NCBI GenBank assembly: GCA_028023455.1
Contig: JAQFVV010000001.1
Span: 1,922,001 to 1,986,000 of the forward strand
Source: Epiperipatus broadwayi
Taxonomy: Eukaryota; Animalia; Onychophora
Direction: 5' to 3'
DNA length: 64,000 nucleotides
The notes below the pieces were generated by a model that saw nothing but the letters and a program-made list of their open reading frames with translations, searched no databases and had not been told where the DNA came from. Below, in pieces: positions 39,501 through 51,737 of the stretch. Position 1 is the first letter of the stretch; each line of letters starts with the position of its first letter. The translations under genes and the position numbers were made by a program.

Positions 39501-39790
39501 AAATCATGTGGCAAGTCGAAGAAGATTGGCAAATTGCAGTGCCCATGCCAAAAGATGAAAATCAAGAAATACAAGACACAGCGGAACCCAACACCACATG
39601 GAATACAGATCGAGGAGGAAGAGGAAAAACCAGAAAGCTGCGATATGGAACCCGGAAGAATAGAACAGGAACTAGAATCAACATTGAAGCCAACCAGAAT
39701 AACAACTAGATCACCCAGAACCAGACTTTAGATACGAAGACCTGCCAGATTCAATGACTATATGTAAGCCTAAATTATTTTCTGGAGTAT

Positions 39791-39799
39791 GGGGAGGAG
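39791..39799 (+). promoter_or_regulatory. Polypurine tract
   Basis: GGGGAGGAG immediately before the 3' LTR start TGTAAAAT. Confidence 0.85.
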
Positions 39800-40755
39800 T
39801 GTAAAATATTAAATAATATTTTAAACTTAAGAATGCTAATAAATAAATAGTTAAAAAGAAATGCTTCAATTAAACATAGTTTAAATAAACATAGACGCTT
39901 GTATATATTAATTAATGGAAATGACCTTATAAATTATCTTATATGGAATGAATTCCTAAGACACTAATTAATTGTATAGATCTAAAACATTGCAGATTTG
40001 GAAATAAATTTTAAAATTAATTAATGTTATAAACCTTATAAACTATCGTATATGGAAATAAATTCCTAATAGAGTAATTAATTGTATAATTAAAAAGCTA
40101 AGAGGAATTTCGTTGTATGATAATAAACTCTAAATAATACGTGCATAATTAAGTGAACTGATTAATTAAAGTTTATTATAGAAAGTGAACAAAAAATTTA
40201 TTATAGAAAGTGAACTGATTAATTAAAGCCAAAAAATTTATTATAGAAAAGATAAGAGAAATAAAGGAAGAGATGGATATAAAAAGCTAGAGAAAAATGA
40301 CTGTTAGCTCTTTCTGTGGTCGCTGCTACCATCATTGTGTCCACGAGTTGAAGAGCAATGAAGATCATCATCAGAGAACTTCATTCCCAGAATCTCGGCT
40401 CCTGTAAGTCACTAAGTCAACTAGTGCTTTTATCATACCATCTTGGTCTTATTATTATTTTGAAATGCCTCAAGAAGCTTGTCAAGAGTTGTATTATAAA
40501 GACTATAGATGCTAGTGAAGGTAAAGTGAATAATAGCTTATCAAAACATTATAAACATTATTTGCTATTTAGTAATTAATTCATGAATTAAGCTCATTCA
40601 AATGCAGACTTTATATTTGTATTAAAGATCAGTATAGTAATTCTTTTTCCTAAATTGTTAATAAATTATTATTGCTAAATATATATGTGCTGTTATCTGT
40701 TGAGTTTATTGTATATTTGTTTGCTGGTTACCCAGTCATAGTTGGAGACACAGCA
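39800..40755 (+). repeat. 3' LTR of Gypsy element
   Basis: tgtaaaatattaaataatattttaaac...cacagca; has an internal duplication at ~40170-40250 absent from the 5' LTR. Confidence 0.88.
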
Positions 40756-41849
40756 ATGTGTAATAAGTAATTTTTGAGAAGAAAACCATACTTTGGTCAA
40801 TATAAGTCTGACTTTAAGCAATAATATACAGCTAATGATGTAATGAAGTAGAATGGTGCTTTGTTATGAAACTGTATTTTCCCATCCGATTGTGGGTTTA
40901 TGACTAGAATATTATAATCAAATAATAATTGATCATTATTAATATAGTTTACTGTTGGTTTTCAATTAGAACGTATACATTTAGTTTATTTATATAATTA
41001 AAAATTGAAGAAGTTGGACAAAATAAGAAAAACATTTATCGTATTGAAAATGTATTTTTGTTAGTATTTAACCAAGAAATACATTCCATCATTACATTTT
41101 TTGTTTTACTTTTAACAAACTAAGAACCTAATAAGGATTATATGATAGAAAATTAATACTGGCTTCATAAATTTATGATGAGAAATGTTGTACTTTTCTG
41201 AACTTTAAAGGGATCAAATTGTTGAAGCCTCATTAGCTGGAACATAAATATCCAAATTATAGAACTGTTTATTGTTTTCAACATTAACAGTTTTATTTCA
41301 CTATAGATGGAATAATGAATCACCTATTTATTGGAAATCAATGCTTACTGAGAAGTACTATTGGACATTGAAGTAGGTTGTAGTTAATCAAAACTTGCAC
41401 AGTGAAACAATTATTGGAGAGATTAACATTCAACTGAACATTCTAATGTATATTAGAATAAGTCAAGCAGAAAAATGCTGGTAATCCAATTGACATTCCA
41501 AAACAAATGATTTCTTATGAGATTACCATGAAACAGAATCAATTGTACTGAACAATTGCTTAGTGAGAGTAAGTCATATAGTTATTCAAACCATTATTTA
41601 CTCTTTTTCAACCACTGAAAGAGTTTCTGTTTGGTGATCATGTGATTTGGTAAGTTACCTAATAGTATTCTTTTGATTGATAGTCATATCCCAGGCCCAT
41701 TCTGTGGTGCAAATGTGTGTTTCCAATAATACTTTTTTCAGGTGATGATGCTTCATTTTACTTAGCCAATGAGAAACATGTCACTCATCTTTAATTGTTT
41801 AATTTAAATGTTAGTGAGCTTATTTATTTACAGGAAGTCAGTTGACAAT

Positions 41850-41940
41850 ATTCGATTGATGTCTCTCAAAGAATTTTCATGAGAAATGGTTTAATATTTT
41901 TTACACATTGTTCGATGCTCAAATGTTATTCCATCATTTG
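41850..41940 (-). mobile_element. Possible Tc1/mariner transposase N-terminal relic
   Basis: Minus strand reads MME*HLSIEQCVKNIK, resembling the MxxYTIEQRVxIIK start of some mariner-like transposases. No TIRs found. Confidence 0.25.
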
Positions 41941-42393
41941 TAGAGTTTAAGAAGTACTTGATGGTATCACAGCTATTTTCCATTATTTTGTCTAAATTCT
42001 TACATTCTTTGTAAAATATTTATCAATGATTTTTAAAATATTAGTAATCGCAAATAAAACTTACAGTAGCATGATAACACATGTTACCATGTTTACAACC
42101 TGGATTTCAATTTAGACTAAGTCAAACTTGGAAACAATTTTCAGATTCTAATTAGGCTTAGGATTTGTTTTTTTTAGGTAGTTGTCCAGCTGACAACAAG
42201 GTTGATTTGTGAGAGGATGTCTAGCTATTTTTAACTAAATGATAAAACAAGAATGGAAAACCATTAATGTCACTATTCAGTAACTAGCAAGCATGATAAA
42301 TAATGCTTTCTTTTTTTATTATTCTCTATGGAGAGTCTTTGGAATTGTCTTTGTCTTTCAGTGGATAAATTTAAAGGTTGTTTTATTATATAT

Positions 42394-45002
42394 TGAAGCT
42401 GTGCATATATAAATATATATATGCTGGCTTCACCATTCACTGTGGACTAACTAAGACCCTAAGTCCAACCACAGTGAATGTATGTTTCTTTTCAAACTAA
42501 ATTTATCGTTTTCTCAAATAGTTGCCTAAATTAAAGAAGGAATTGTGTTAAAGAGAAAAGATTTAATAAAATAAAATATAGAAAGTTAAAATTATATCTG
42601 CAACTATTTTTAAAATATATTTGGTAGAATTCAATAAGATAAAAATTTTCTTAATTAAATAGAATCCATTAAGAAAAGGAATTAATTAATAAAACATTTT
42701 CTGAATTAGATAAAATAATAGATAACGGAAAATTTGAAACAACGGGCATGATTCGCGACTAATTAGCAGATTAAAAACATAATGGAAAAAGGGTATAAAT
42801 AAAGAACTTTTCTTTTGTTCTGGGTCTTATGCTTGCGGGTAACCAGTGCTGAAGGTCAGAGAGAAAATCTTAAGGTTTTGCTGGAAGAAATTTTGCTGAA
42901 AGATTGGACAATATAGCGAACTCTTGCTTGCTGTACGTACTTCAAGCTGCACTCTATTCTTTCAGCATATAAATAAAAAAATCCAGAAATGTGTTGCTCT
43001 GCAAAAATGCAGAATAATCTCTTTGCCTTCGCTCTCCTGAGCCATTCCTGAGACCGGAGTTCTAATCATGTAAGCCAGCCAGAGAACTAAAGTGTCTGCC
43101 CTGTATCCGTAAAAATCTGCCCTCAAAAACATGGAAAAACAAATTTGGAGAACTGGGAAGACCTGCGGGAAACATCTAATGAACTTATCTTGACCCACCC
43201 ATCTAGTTACCGGTAACATTCCCATAAATTGTTAAAATATCTTTGTAATTTGCAAATTCGATCTATATTTATGTTTTTTTATATATATGTTTTTTTAATA
43301 TAAGTATTCATATCTTGTAAAATGGTATTTCATTAATTGCTTTCTTTTCTTTTTTTTAAATATCGTACTGGGTGGAATTATTATATATATAATGGCGGTG
43401 ATAGCTTTGATAAATTTAATTGAAAATTACTTCATTTAACTTTCCGCCATTATACTCCAGTAATTAAGTTATTTATTTTATATAGATATTTTGGAAGGAA
43501 AAGTAAGCAAATCATAGAAAGTGCAAAACTCTATTTTAAAATCAAGATTTAAATTGCTAAATATTCTATTATAAAACTTTCCAAACTTTAACTTAGTTTT
43601 TATATATATATATAAAAGAAAGATCCTTATCAAATGCCTGTATATTTTAGTCAATGAAGGGTTACAAATTTAAAGTTATATTTTAAAGAGCTTGAAATAA
43701 AATGTTCGCATTTATATTTTAGTAATAAGAGAGAGTACATTTTGACAATATGTATTAAAAATTATTAAATAGCATTGACTCTGGGGTGTTTTGGTTAAAC
43801 TTCAACTAAATCAATAAAATATCCGCCCTCTTGTTTTAGTGATCTGAATTTCATAAAAGGGAAGTTACTATTTTTCTGCGGATTTTCAGTGATGGTTGAG
43901 CTTTCTTAATATATATATTTTGCAGAGGGTTTCTTTTTAAATTTAAAGGTCGTTGACCGTATTTATATGGCATCGTGCCTCGGGTGATCTACTGGGTCGC
44001 TCAACATATATATTACAGTGCTTCTTTTGCCAAGTTTGCTTAGGTTAACATACCTATATTTGGACCTTTTGAAAATAAATAAATTCTGGATCTCATGTCG
44101 ATCTCAGTCCTTTCAATGTACGTAACTGGACATAAGCAACAAAAACTCCGATCCTGAATCCGGGTCACGCGTTTAGCGAACGGGTTCCATTTTTCTCTCT
44201 AACCTAGTTTAAAGATGAAGAGTTATCTGGTCTTGTGTTAACCTCTTGGTAACTGTTATGTCTCGAGCCTCACAGCCCACTATATGCTCTCGCCTTTGTG
44301 CATGGTCTTGTATATTTATATTTATTAGGAAATCTTTCTCAAAATCTCACAGAAATGTTTCAATTATGGCTGGAAATTCCTGCTGGGGTCACTTTATCAT
44401 TCTTCTTAAATCATAAGTAGGACTGTGATTTAAACCTGTCCAAAGTGTTTAGTTGAGTTTGACCACCTATTTATTTCTACGTTCTCCAACCACAGAGTTA
44501 ATGAATCATGTTTCTCTCTCTTGATTTCTTTTATGTAACACTTCCATTGGCTGGAATATTTTAAAGAAGAAATTATAACGTAAAATTTTGTCTGTTCTTA
44601 TCATTACGATCAATGGATCTTTCATATATGTCTATCCGTTTGCAGTGAAAATAGCCTGCGACACTATTAATAAAGCATTGTGTGAATTATTTTAATGTGA
44701 ATAATAAAAATTTCTGTTATCTTTCATTCACTATAAATAAAACCACTTAGTATTGTTTTTCTTTTGTGACATACGTATGTACATCTGATCATTATATATG
44801 TAAAAATTCCTTTTCGTGGTCTTTTCTCTCCCTGACCAACGGGCATACATTAAGATTAAATTCTAGTGAGGTTCGAGGAGTAAGTCGCTTAGTAGCAATC
44901 TAGAGGAGTAGATGAGGTTTGAACCCCTTCTATCTGCATCTCTAGGTTAGGTTAAAGCAGCTCTACTTTTCTTACCGTTACAGTTTTTTTTTTTTTGTAT
45001 AA
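42394..45002 (+). repeat. 5' LTR (~2.6 kb)
   Basis: tgaagctgtgcatat...ccgttacagttttt..gtataa; TATA-like tataaata at ~42794; roughly 97% identical to the 3' copy by eye. Confidence 0.9.
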
Positions 45003-45004
45003 TC

Positions 45005-45022
45005 TGGCGTCCCAAGTGTGGC
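45005..45022 (+). promoter_or_regulatory. Primer-binding site, probably tRNA-Lys(CTT)
   Basis: TGGCGTCCCAAGTGTGGC versus TGGCGCCCAACGTGGGGC (complement of the tRNA-Lys-CTT 3' end), with small indels and a mismatch. Confidence 0.6.
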
Positions 45023-45650
45023 CTTACTGTTTAGAGATAGACCCTGAGATATGATAATAGGAATTTCATGATCAGAAGAAATTTTTTTGTGTGTGTTTTT
45101 GAAAATAAATATAGTGAATGACAGAAGTTTATATATTTTGCTTTTGCACTTGCTGTGTGTGTACAGCTTACAAAATGTGAAATTCAATCAGTTCAGTTGA
45201 AAATTAAAACCAAATCAGATATTAATGTATTTTTCATTCTTTTGCTAGGAAGGGAGACAGAGTGATCAAACAAGGAGCAGAGAAAAGATGGGCTCAAGTA
45301 GAATTTTTTTACCCCCCCTCCCCCGCAGTAGTAATCATATTGTATTGAAGCATATATCAAATACACATAGTTATAATCACATATATAACACACAGAACAG
45401 GGTAGTAAATAAGTAAATAAACACAGTAGGGCAGGGACTATGCATAGGATAAGAGATAGATAGAAAGCTGGCAGGTTAAAAAAGGACGACAGTTGCAGGA
45501 ATGGTTGGGAGAGTGAAGCAAATTTTTGAAAAATAAAAGTAGAAAAATAAAACAAATTTTAAGAATAGTACTAAGACTAAAAACAACAGCAAACCAAATA
45601 TTTTTGTTCTTATATATTTTCTTTTATCTATTCGTATTTCTCTAGAAAAT

Positions 45651-47740
45651 ATGTATAGTCCAGAAGAAGACATGGATTCACAAGGACTACAGAAAAACAA
45701 AGATGACACAGACATGTCACTTTCAGAAAAGTTATGGGAAGACCAAACGCCAGTTATATGGACCAGAGATATAGATACACCAGAACCACAATGGGTATGA
45801 AAATTGATGGAAACTATGCTACAAAAAATAGAAGAATGCAAAGAAGAATGTAGACAATATAGAGCAGAAATCAACAAGATGAAAGAAGAGAGACGTAATG
45901 AAGCAAAAACGACACAAGAGAATCAGTCAAGAAATGAGAATCTTCAATGTGAAAATAAAGGAAGCATAAAGGTCATGGAAAGAACCGACAACCCAATGGT
46001 AGCAAGATTTATCCACATCAAAACTTTTCGGGGTGACATAGGAGAAAACCCCATGGCACACTTGCAAAGTTTACAAGAGCTGTTCATGTTCCAGGAACTC
46101 AGAGTTTTTTTTTTTTTTATTTTTTTTTTTTTTTTTTTTTTAATATGAAAAGAGAAGAATAATAATTTTGTTTTTATTTATATTTTTTTTATTTTTTTTT
46201 TTTTTTTTTTTGTTGAAGGCTGATAGTAATGGCGACTCTGAAAAATATAGAAATAAAGATATTTTTTTAAAGTGGTGAAGGAGTATAGATGAATTTATAG
46301 TGCAAACTCAGAGAAGCTGAAAAGTTGTCAGTTGCAGTTAATCATTTACATGGATCTGCCCGGAATTGGTGGGACTGTATAAGTAACAAACCAGTAACAT
46401 TTGCAGATTACCACATTGCCTTTCTTAAAAGTTTTTGGAGTGAAGAGAGGCAAGATGGAATAATGTACCATATATCTCAAGAAAAGATGTGCACTTCAAA
46501 AGGAGAAACTCACACCCAGTTTTTTTTGCGGCAAGTGTCTTTGTTAAAATCATTGACTGCTTTCCTCTTATCAGAGGGGCAGATTATTCGGACAATAAGG
46601 TACAATATGCCTCTCCACATACAACAATTGATGCTGGGCTGCCGCAACTGTGGAATTGATGAGATGGTAGACTACTAACTGCTATAGATTTTGGCAACCT
46701 AAATAAAGAGCATGCAGACAAAGGAAAAAGAATTGACACACCCAAAATACAGATGGCGACTGTCAGGAACTGCTATGATGATGATCAAAACATACAGCAA
46801 TTCCAGAAAAATATGAGTCCTATAATTTATATACCCCAGATAGAACTCCAGGATGAAACAGAAGAAATTATTGAGGGAAATGAAAGAGTGGCATCAGCAT
46901 TTATGTGCGAACTGGAAGATGATCACAGACCACAACTCTCAGAGTGCCCTACAATTAAAGCACTGTTAGAAGATGTCCCAATTACAGCTTTAATAGACAC
47001 TGGCAGTCAAGTGTCATTGGTGTCAAAAGAATGGTGGGATGCAACAGTAGGAACTCGTGTACTACCGATCTCACCGAGAAAAATCTTATGCTATATTAGC
47101 AAATGGAGAAAAAGCCAACATAGGAACACATCGTTTGGGACTGGATATTAAGATAGGAGCAACAAATGTAAATCATATATTTCAGATAATGCCAGGTTTG
47201 ATTTATGATGTACTGTTAGGGTCGGACTTCTTAGAAAGACATGACTCAGGAATAAACTATAGGGAAAGTAAGTTTACATTTTACAACAATAAGTTAGATT
47301 TTCACAAATGAAAAACCCAAGAGACAACCAATATAAGCTGCATACAGGAACCAACTAATCTTGAACCAACAGAAAATGAAACAAAAGGCCAGATGGAATT
47401 AGAGATAGTAGGACAGAGCATACCTCACCTTGCCTTCAAGCATTTTACTCATCAATTTAATGATCACGAGATATTTCCAAAAGGCGACATGGCAGGTCAG
47501 GCAAAACAAACTACTTTATCAAGTGGCAGCACAGTTCTAGGTTTGAAACCACATTTATCCATACCAAAATCACTGACCAAGGGATCTGACTATGAGCCAG
47601 TTTCATCATCAGAACCCATAAGAGGAAAACAGCTAAAGAACAGAGCGCCATTAATAAGAAATTTCAACTTGACTTCTAGCAAAAGAATTGATAGAAGACA
47701 TGGTAATAAAGTGGACACAGCTCAGAGAGCTAATAACTAG
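45651..47740 (+). pseudogene. Gag (retrotransposon/Arc-like capsid)-aspartic protease ORF with few lesions
   Basis: ATG 45651; FRGDIGENPMAHL and EKLSVAVNHLHGSARNWW..FLKSFWS capsid motifs; protease ALIDTGSQVSLV and VLLGSDFL. Lesions: TGA at 45798 and 47309, single-base frameshifts near 46676 and ~47085, and the insertion at 46105-46304. Confidence 0.85.
46105..46304 (-). mobile_element. 200-bp poly(A)-tailed retroposed insertion with a 9-bp TSD, nested in gag
   Basis: AACTCAGAG at 46096-46104 and 46305-46313; insert starts with long T tracts on the + strand; removal restores the gag frame. Confidence 0.85.
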
Positions 47741-48202
47741 GCCCAGAGAGGAAGGTCCATTGAAAAAAAAATGGAGTGCTCCATTCAAAAGTAACTTTTT
47801 TTTACAAGATCTCCAAGGTACGACCAGGACAAATCATATGGACAATGAAATCATATTATAGGCTTTCAGTTTTTTTTGTGTGTGTATGTTTGTAAATATT
47901 GGCATTGTTATAATATATTAATTAATATTATTATATACTTCTCTTTTAATATATATATAATTTATATATCAGTATTATGATAAACTTTCAGTTTTTTTTT
48001 TATTAAAATAATCTATTTATCAGTATTATTATAAACTTTCAGATTGTTTTTATAAACTGCACATATCAGTATTATTTCATGTAAATACACTAATATTCTA
48101 TATAATAGGAGTGCTCTTTCCAGATCACTCTGCTTCTCTCTGCAAAACCGTAGCTTTAGTCATTTTTTTTTATTTGTTTTTTTTTAATGGGTTCTAGGAA
48201 TA

Positions 48203-50819
48203 TGAAGCTGTGCATATATATATATATAAATATATATATATGCTGGCTTCACCATTCACTGTGGACTAACTAAGACCCTAAGTCCAACCACAGTGAATGT
48301 ATGTTTCTTTTTCAAACTAAATTTATCGTTTTCTCAAATAGTTGCCTAAATTAAAGAAGGAATTGTGTTAAAGAGAAAAGATTTAATAAAATAAAATATA
48401 GAAAGTTAAAATTATATTTGCAACTATTTTTAAAATATATTTGGTAGAATTCGATAAGATACAAATTTTCTTAATTAAATAGAATCCATTAAGAAAAGGA
48501 ATTAATTAATAAAACATTTTCTGAATTAGATAAAATAATAGATAACAGGGAAAACTTGAAACAACGTGCATGATTCACCACTAATTAGCAGATTAAAAAC
48601 ATAATGGAAAAAGGATATAAAGAACTTTTCTTTTGTTCTGGTCTTATGCTTGCGGGTAACCAGTGCTGAAGGTCAGAGAGAAAATCTTAAGGTTTTGTTG
48701 GAAGAAATTTTGCTGAAAGATTGGACAATATAGCGAACTCTTGCTTGCTGTACTTACTTCAAGCTGCACTCTATTCTTTCAGCATATAAATAAAAAAATC
48801 CAGAAATGTGTTGCTCTGCAAAAATGCAGGGGTAATCTCTTTGCCTTCGCTCTTCTGAGCCATTCCTCAGACCGGAGTTCTAATCATGTAAGCCAGCCAG
48901 AGAACTAAAGTGTCTGCCCTGTATCCGTAAAAATCTGCCCTCAAAAACATGGAAGTACAAATTTGAAGAACTGGGAAGACCTGTGGGAAACATCTAATGA
49001 ACTTATCTTGACCCACCCATCTAGTTATTGGTAACGTTCCCATAAATTATTAAAATATCTTCGTAATTTGCAAATTCGATCTATATTTATGTTTTTTATA
49101 TATATATGTTTTTTTAATATACGTATTCATATCTTGTAAAATGGTATTTCATTAATTGCTTTTTTTTCTTTTTTTTTTGTATCGTAATGGGTGGGATTAT
49201 TATATATATAATGGCGGTGATAGCTTTGATAAATTTAATTGAAAATTACTTCGTTTAACTTTCCGCCATTATACTCCAGTAATTAAGTTATTTATTTTAT
49301 ATAGATATTTTGGAAGGAAAAGTAAGCAAATTATAGAAAGTGCAAAACTCTATTTTAAAATCAAGATTTAAATTGCTAAATATTCTATTATAAAACTTTC
49401 CAAACTTTAACTTAGTTTTTTTTATATATATATAAAAGAAAGATCCTTATCAAATGCCTGTATATTTTAGTCAATGAAGGGTTACAAATTTAAAGTTATA
49501 TTTTAAAGAGCTTGAAATAAAATGTTCGCATTTATATTTTAGTAATAAGAGAGAGTACATTTTGACAATATGTATTAAAAATTATTAAATAGCATTGACT
49601 CTGGGGTGTTTTGGTTAAACTTCAACTAAATCAATAAAATATCCGCCCTCTTGTTTTAGTGATCTGAATTTCATAAAAGGGAAGTTACTATTTTTCTGCG
49701 GATTTTCAGTGATGGTTGAGCTTTCTTAATATATATATTTTGCAGAGGGTTTCTTTTTAAATTTAAAGGTCGTTGACCGTATTTATATGGCATCGTGCCT
49801 CGGGTGATCTACTGGGTCGCTCAACATATATATTACAGTGCTTCTTTTGCCAAGTTTGCTTAGGTTAACATACTTACATTCGGACCTTTTGAAAATAAAT
49901 AAATTGTTCTGGATCTCATGTCGATCTCGGTCCTTTCAATGTACTTAACTGGACATAAGCAACAAAAACTCCAATCCTGAATCCGGGTCACGCGTTTAGC
50001 GAACGGGTTCCATTTTTCTCTCTAACCTAGTTTAGAGACGGAGAGCTATCCGGTCTTGTGTTAACCTCTTGGTAACTGTTATGTCTCGAGCCTCACAGCC
50101 CACTATATGCTCTCGCCTTTGTGCATGGTCTTGTATATTTGTATTTATTAGGAAATCTTTCTCAAAATCTCATAGAAATGTTTCAATTATGGCTGGAAAT
50201 TCCTGCTGGAGTCACTTTATCATTCTTCTTAAATGATAATTAGGACTGTGATTTAAACCTGTCCAAAGTGTTTAGTTGAGTTTGACCACCTATTTATTTC
50301 TATGTTCTCCAACCACAGAGTTAATGAATCATGTCTCTCTCTCTTGATTTCTTTTACGTAACACTTCCATTGGCTGGAATATTTTAAAGAAGAAATTATA
50401 ACGTAAAATTTTGTCTGTTCTTATCATTATGATCAATGGATCTTTCATATATGTCTATCCGTTTGCAGTGAAAATAGCCTGCGACACTATTAATAAAGCA
50501 TTGTGTGAATTATTTTAATGTGAATAATAAAAATTTCTGTTATCTTTCATTCACTATAAATAAAACTACTTAGTATTGTTTTTCTTTTGTGACATACGTA
50601 TGTACATCTGATCATTATATATGTAAAAATTCCTTTTCGTGGTCTCTTCTCTCCCTGACCACCGGGCATACATTAAGATTAAATTCTAGTGAGGTTCGAG
50701 GAGTAAGTCACTTAGTAGCAATCTAGAGGAGTAGATGAGGTTTGAACCCCTTCTATCTGCATCTCTAGGTTAGGTTAAAGCAGCTCTACTTTTCTTACCG
50801 TTACAGTTTATAGGTATAA
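48203..50819 (+). repeat. 3' LTR (~2.6 kb)
   Basis: Collinear with 42394-45002; ends ccgttacagtttttaggtataa, 112 bp before the next exon. Confidence 0.9.
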
Positions 50820-50931
50820 ATTATGGATTTACAAATTATAGATTTCGAATAAAGTTGATCATAATAATTATATACTGATGTATTAAAATGTGATTTATTT
50901 TTGTTGTTTTTTTTCTTTCTATTATTTTAAG

Positions 50932-51015
50932 GTAATTTAGCTTTGTCTCGAGCACTGGGTGATTTTGTTTTTAAAAAAAACGATAAAAAGAGGCCTGAAG
51001 AACAAATTGTGACAG
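50932..51015 (+). CDS. PP2C exon ([28 protein letters not shown])
   Basis: ttttaag acceptor, gtattt donor; LALSRALGD motif. Confidence 0.97.
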
Positions 51016-51533
51016 GTATTTTATTTTATCATTTTAAACTAATAATTTTTTTTAGATATGCTTAAGATTTTAATCATATCTGAAGTTAGTTTATATATGT
51101 GTTTATTATTTAAAATGTTATCATTAGAAAATAGTAGCAGTTAATTTTTAAATATTCTTTTCCAGCCCAAAAATAAAAGACTGCTTTATAATTATTATAT
51201 TGTTATAATTTTTTAATTTTCTGGTATAAGTTCTTAAAATATATCTCTTATGGAAACTGATTATAGAAAAGTTCACAATGGAACAAGAAATTGAAATAGT
51301 GGAATTTAATTTCTTACTTATATAATTGTTAATCTAAAAGGTCATGATTTTTAGGTCACTCCCCATAAGTAATATTTGAATTTATTAATAAAAATTTTAG
51401 AAACAAAAGGTTATCATCGATTAGCCCCGCACGCCGCTTGATCGCTCATTTTCTAGTCAAAACCAGTAGATATAATGTTACCGGGCTGATTTACAATTGT
51501 CTTTTTTTTTACATACTATGATACAACACTGTA

Positions 51534-51737
51534 CATGTCAGCGCGTAGTGCTGGAATTCGCAGGGAGAGGGGATCCGATGGTTTTGCCGATCCAAAGGAT
51601 CGTCTGTCACATGCGCGACAATTTTGAAACCATTATCCATGTCAGCGCATAGTGCTGGAATTCGCAGGGAGGGGGATCCGATGGTTTGCCGATCCAAAGG
51701 ATCGTCCGTCACAACATACACAACATTTTGAAAACCA
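51534..51737. repeat. 104-bp tandem duplication inside a CpG-rich unclassified element (~51420-52060)
   Basis: catgtcagcgc(g/a)tagtgctggaattcgcagggag...ttttgaaa at 51534 and 51638. Confidence 0.9.

Larger units (their letters stand above)
34842..40755 (+). mobile_element. Gypsy/Ty3 LTR retrotransposon (Mag/K02A2.6-like), complete structure but coding-dead
   Basis: Paired LTRs, PBS, PPT, and gag-PR-RT-RH-IN order; flanking pentamers ATGCA / ATGTG. Confidence 0.93.
42394..50819 (+). mobile_element. LTR retrotransposon (Gypsy-type Gag/protease) with 2.6-kb LTRs and no RT/RNase H/integrase core
   Basis: Direct repeats 42394-45002 and 48203-50819; PBS 2 nt after the first; 3.2-kb internal region contains only gag-protease and an unassigned tail. 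Confidence 0.9.

Noticed and set aside
44943-44955. TTAGG-like words (ctaggttaggtta)
   Set aside because: Only about two units, inside an LTR; not a telomeric array.
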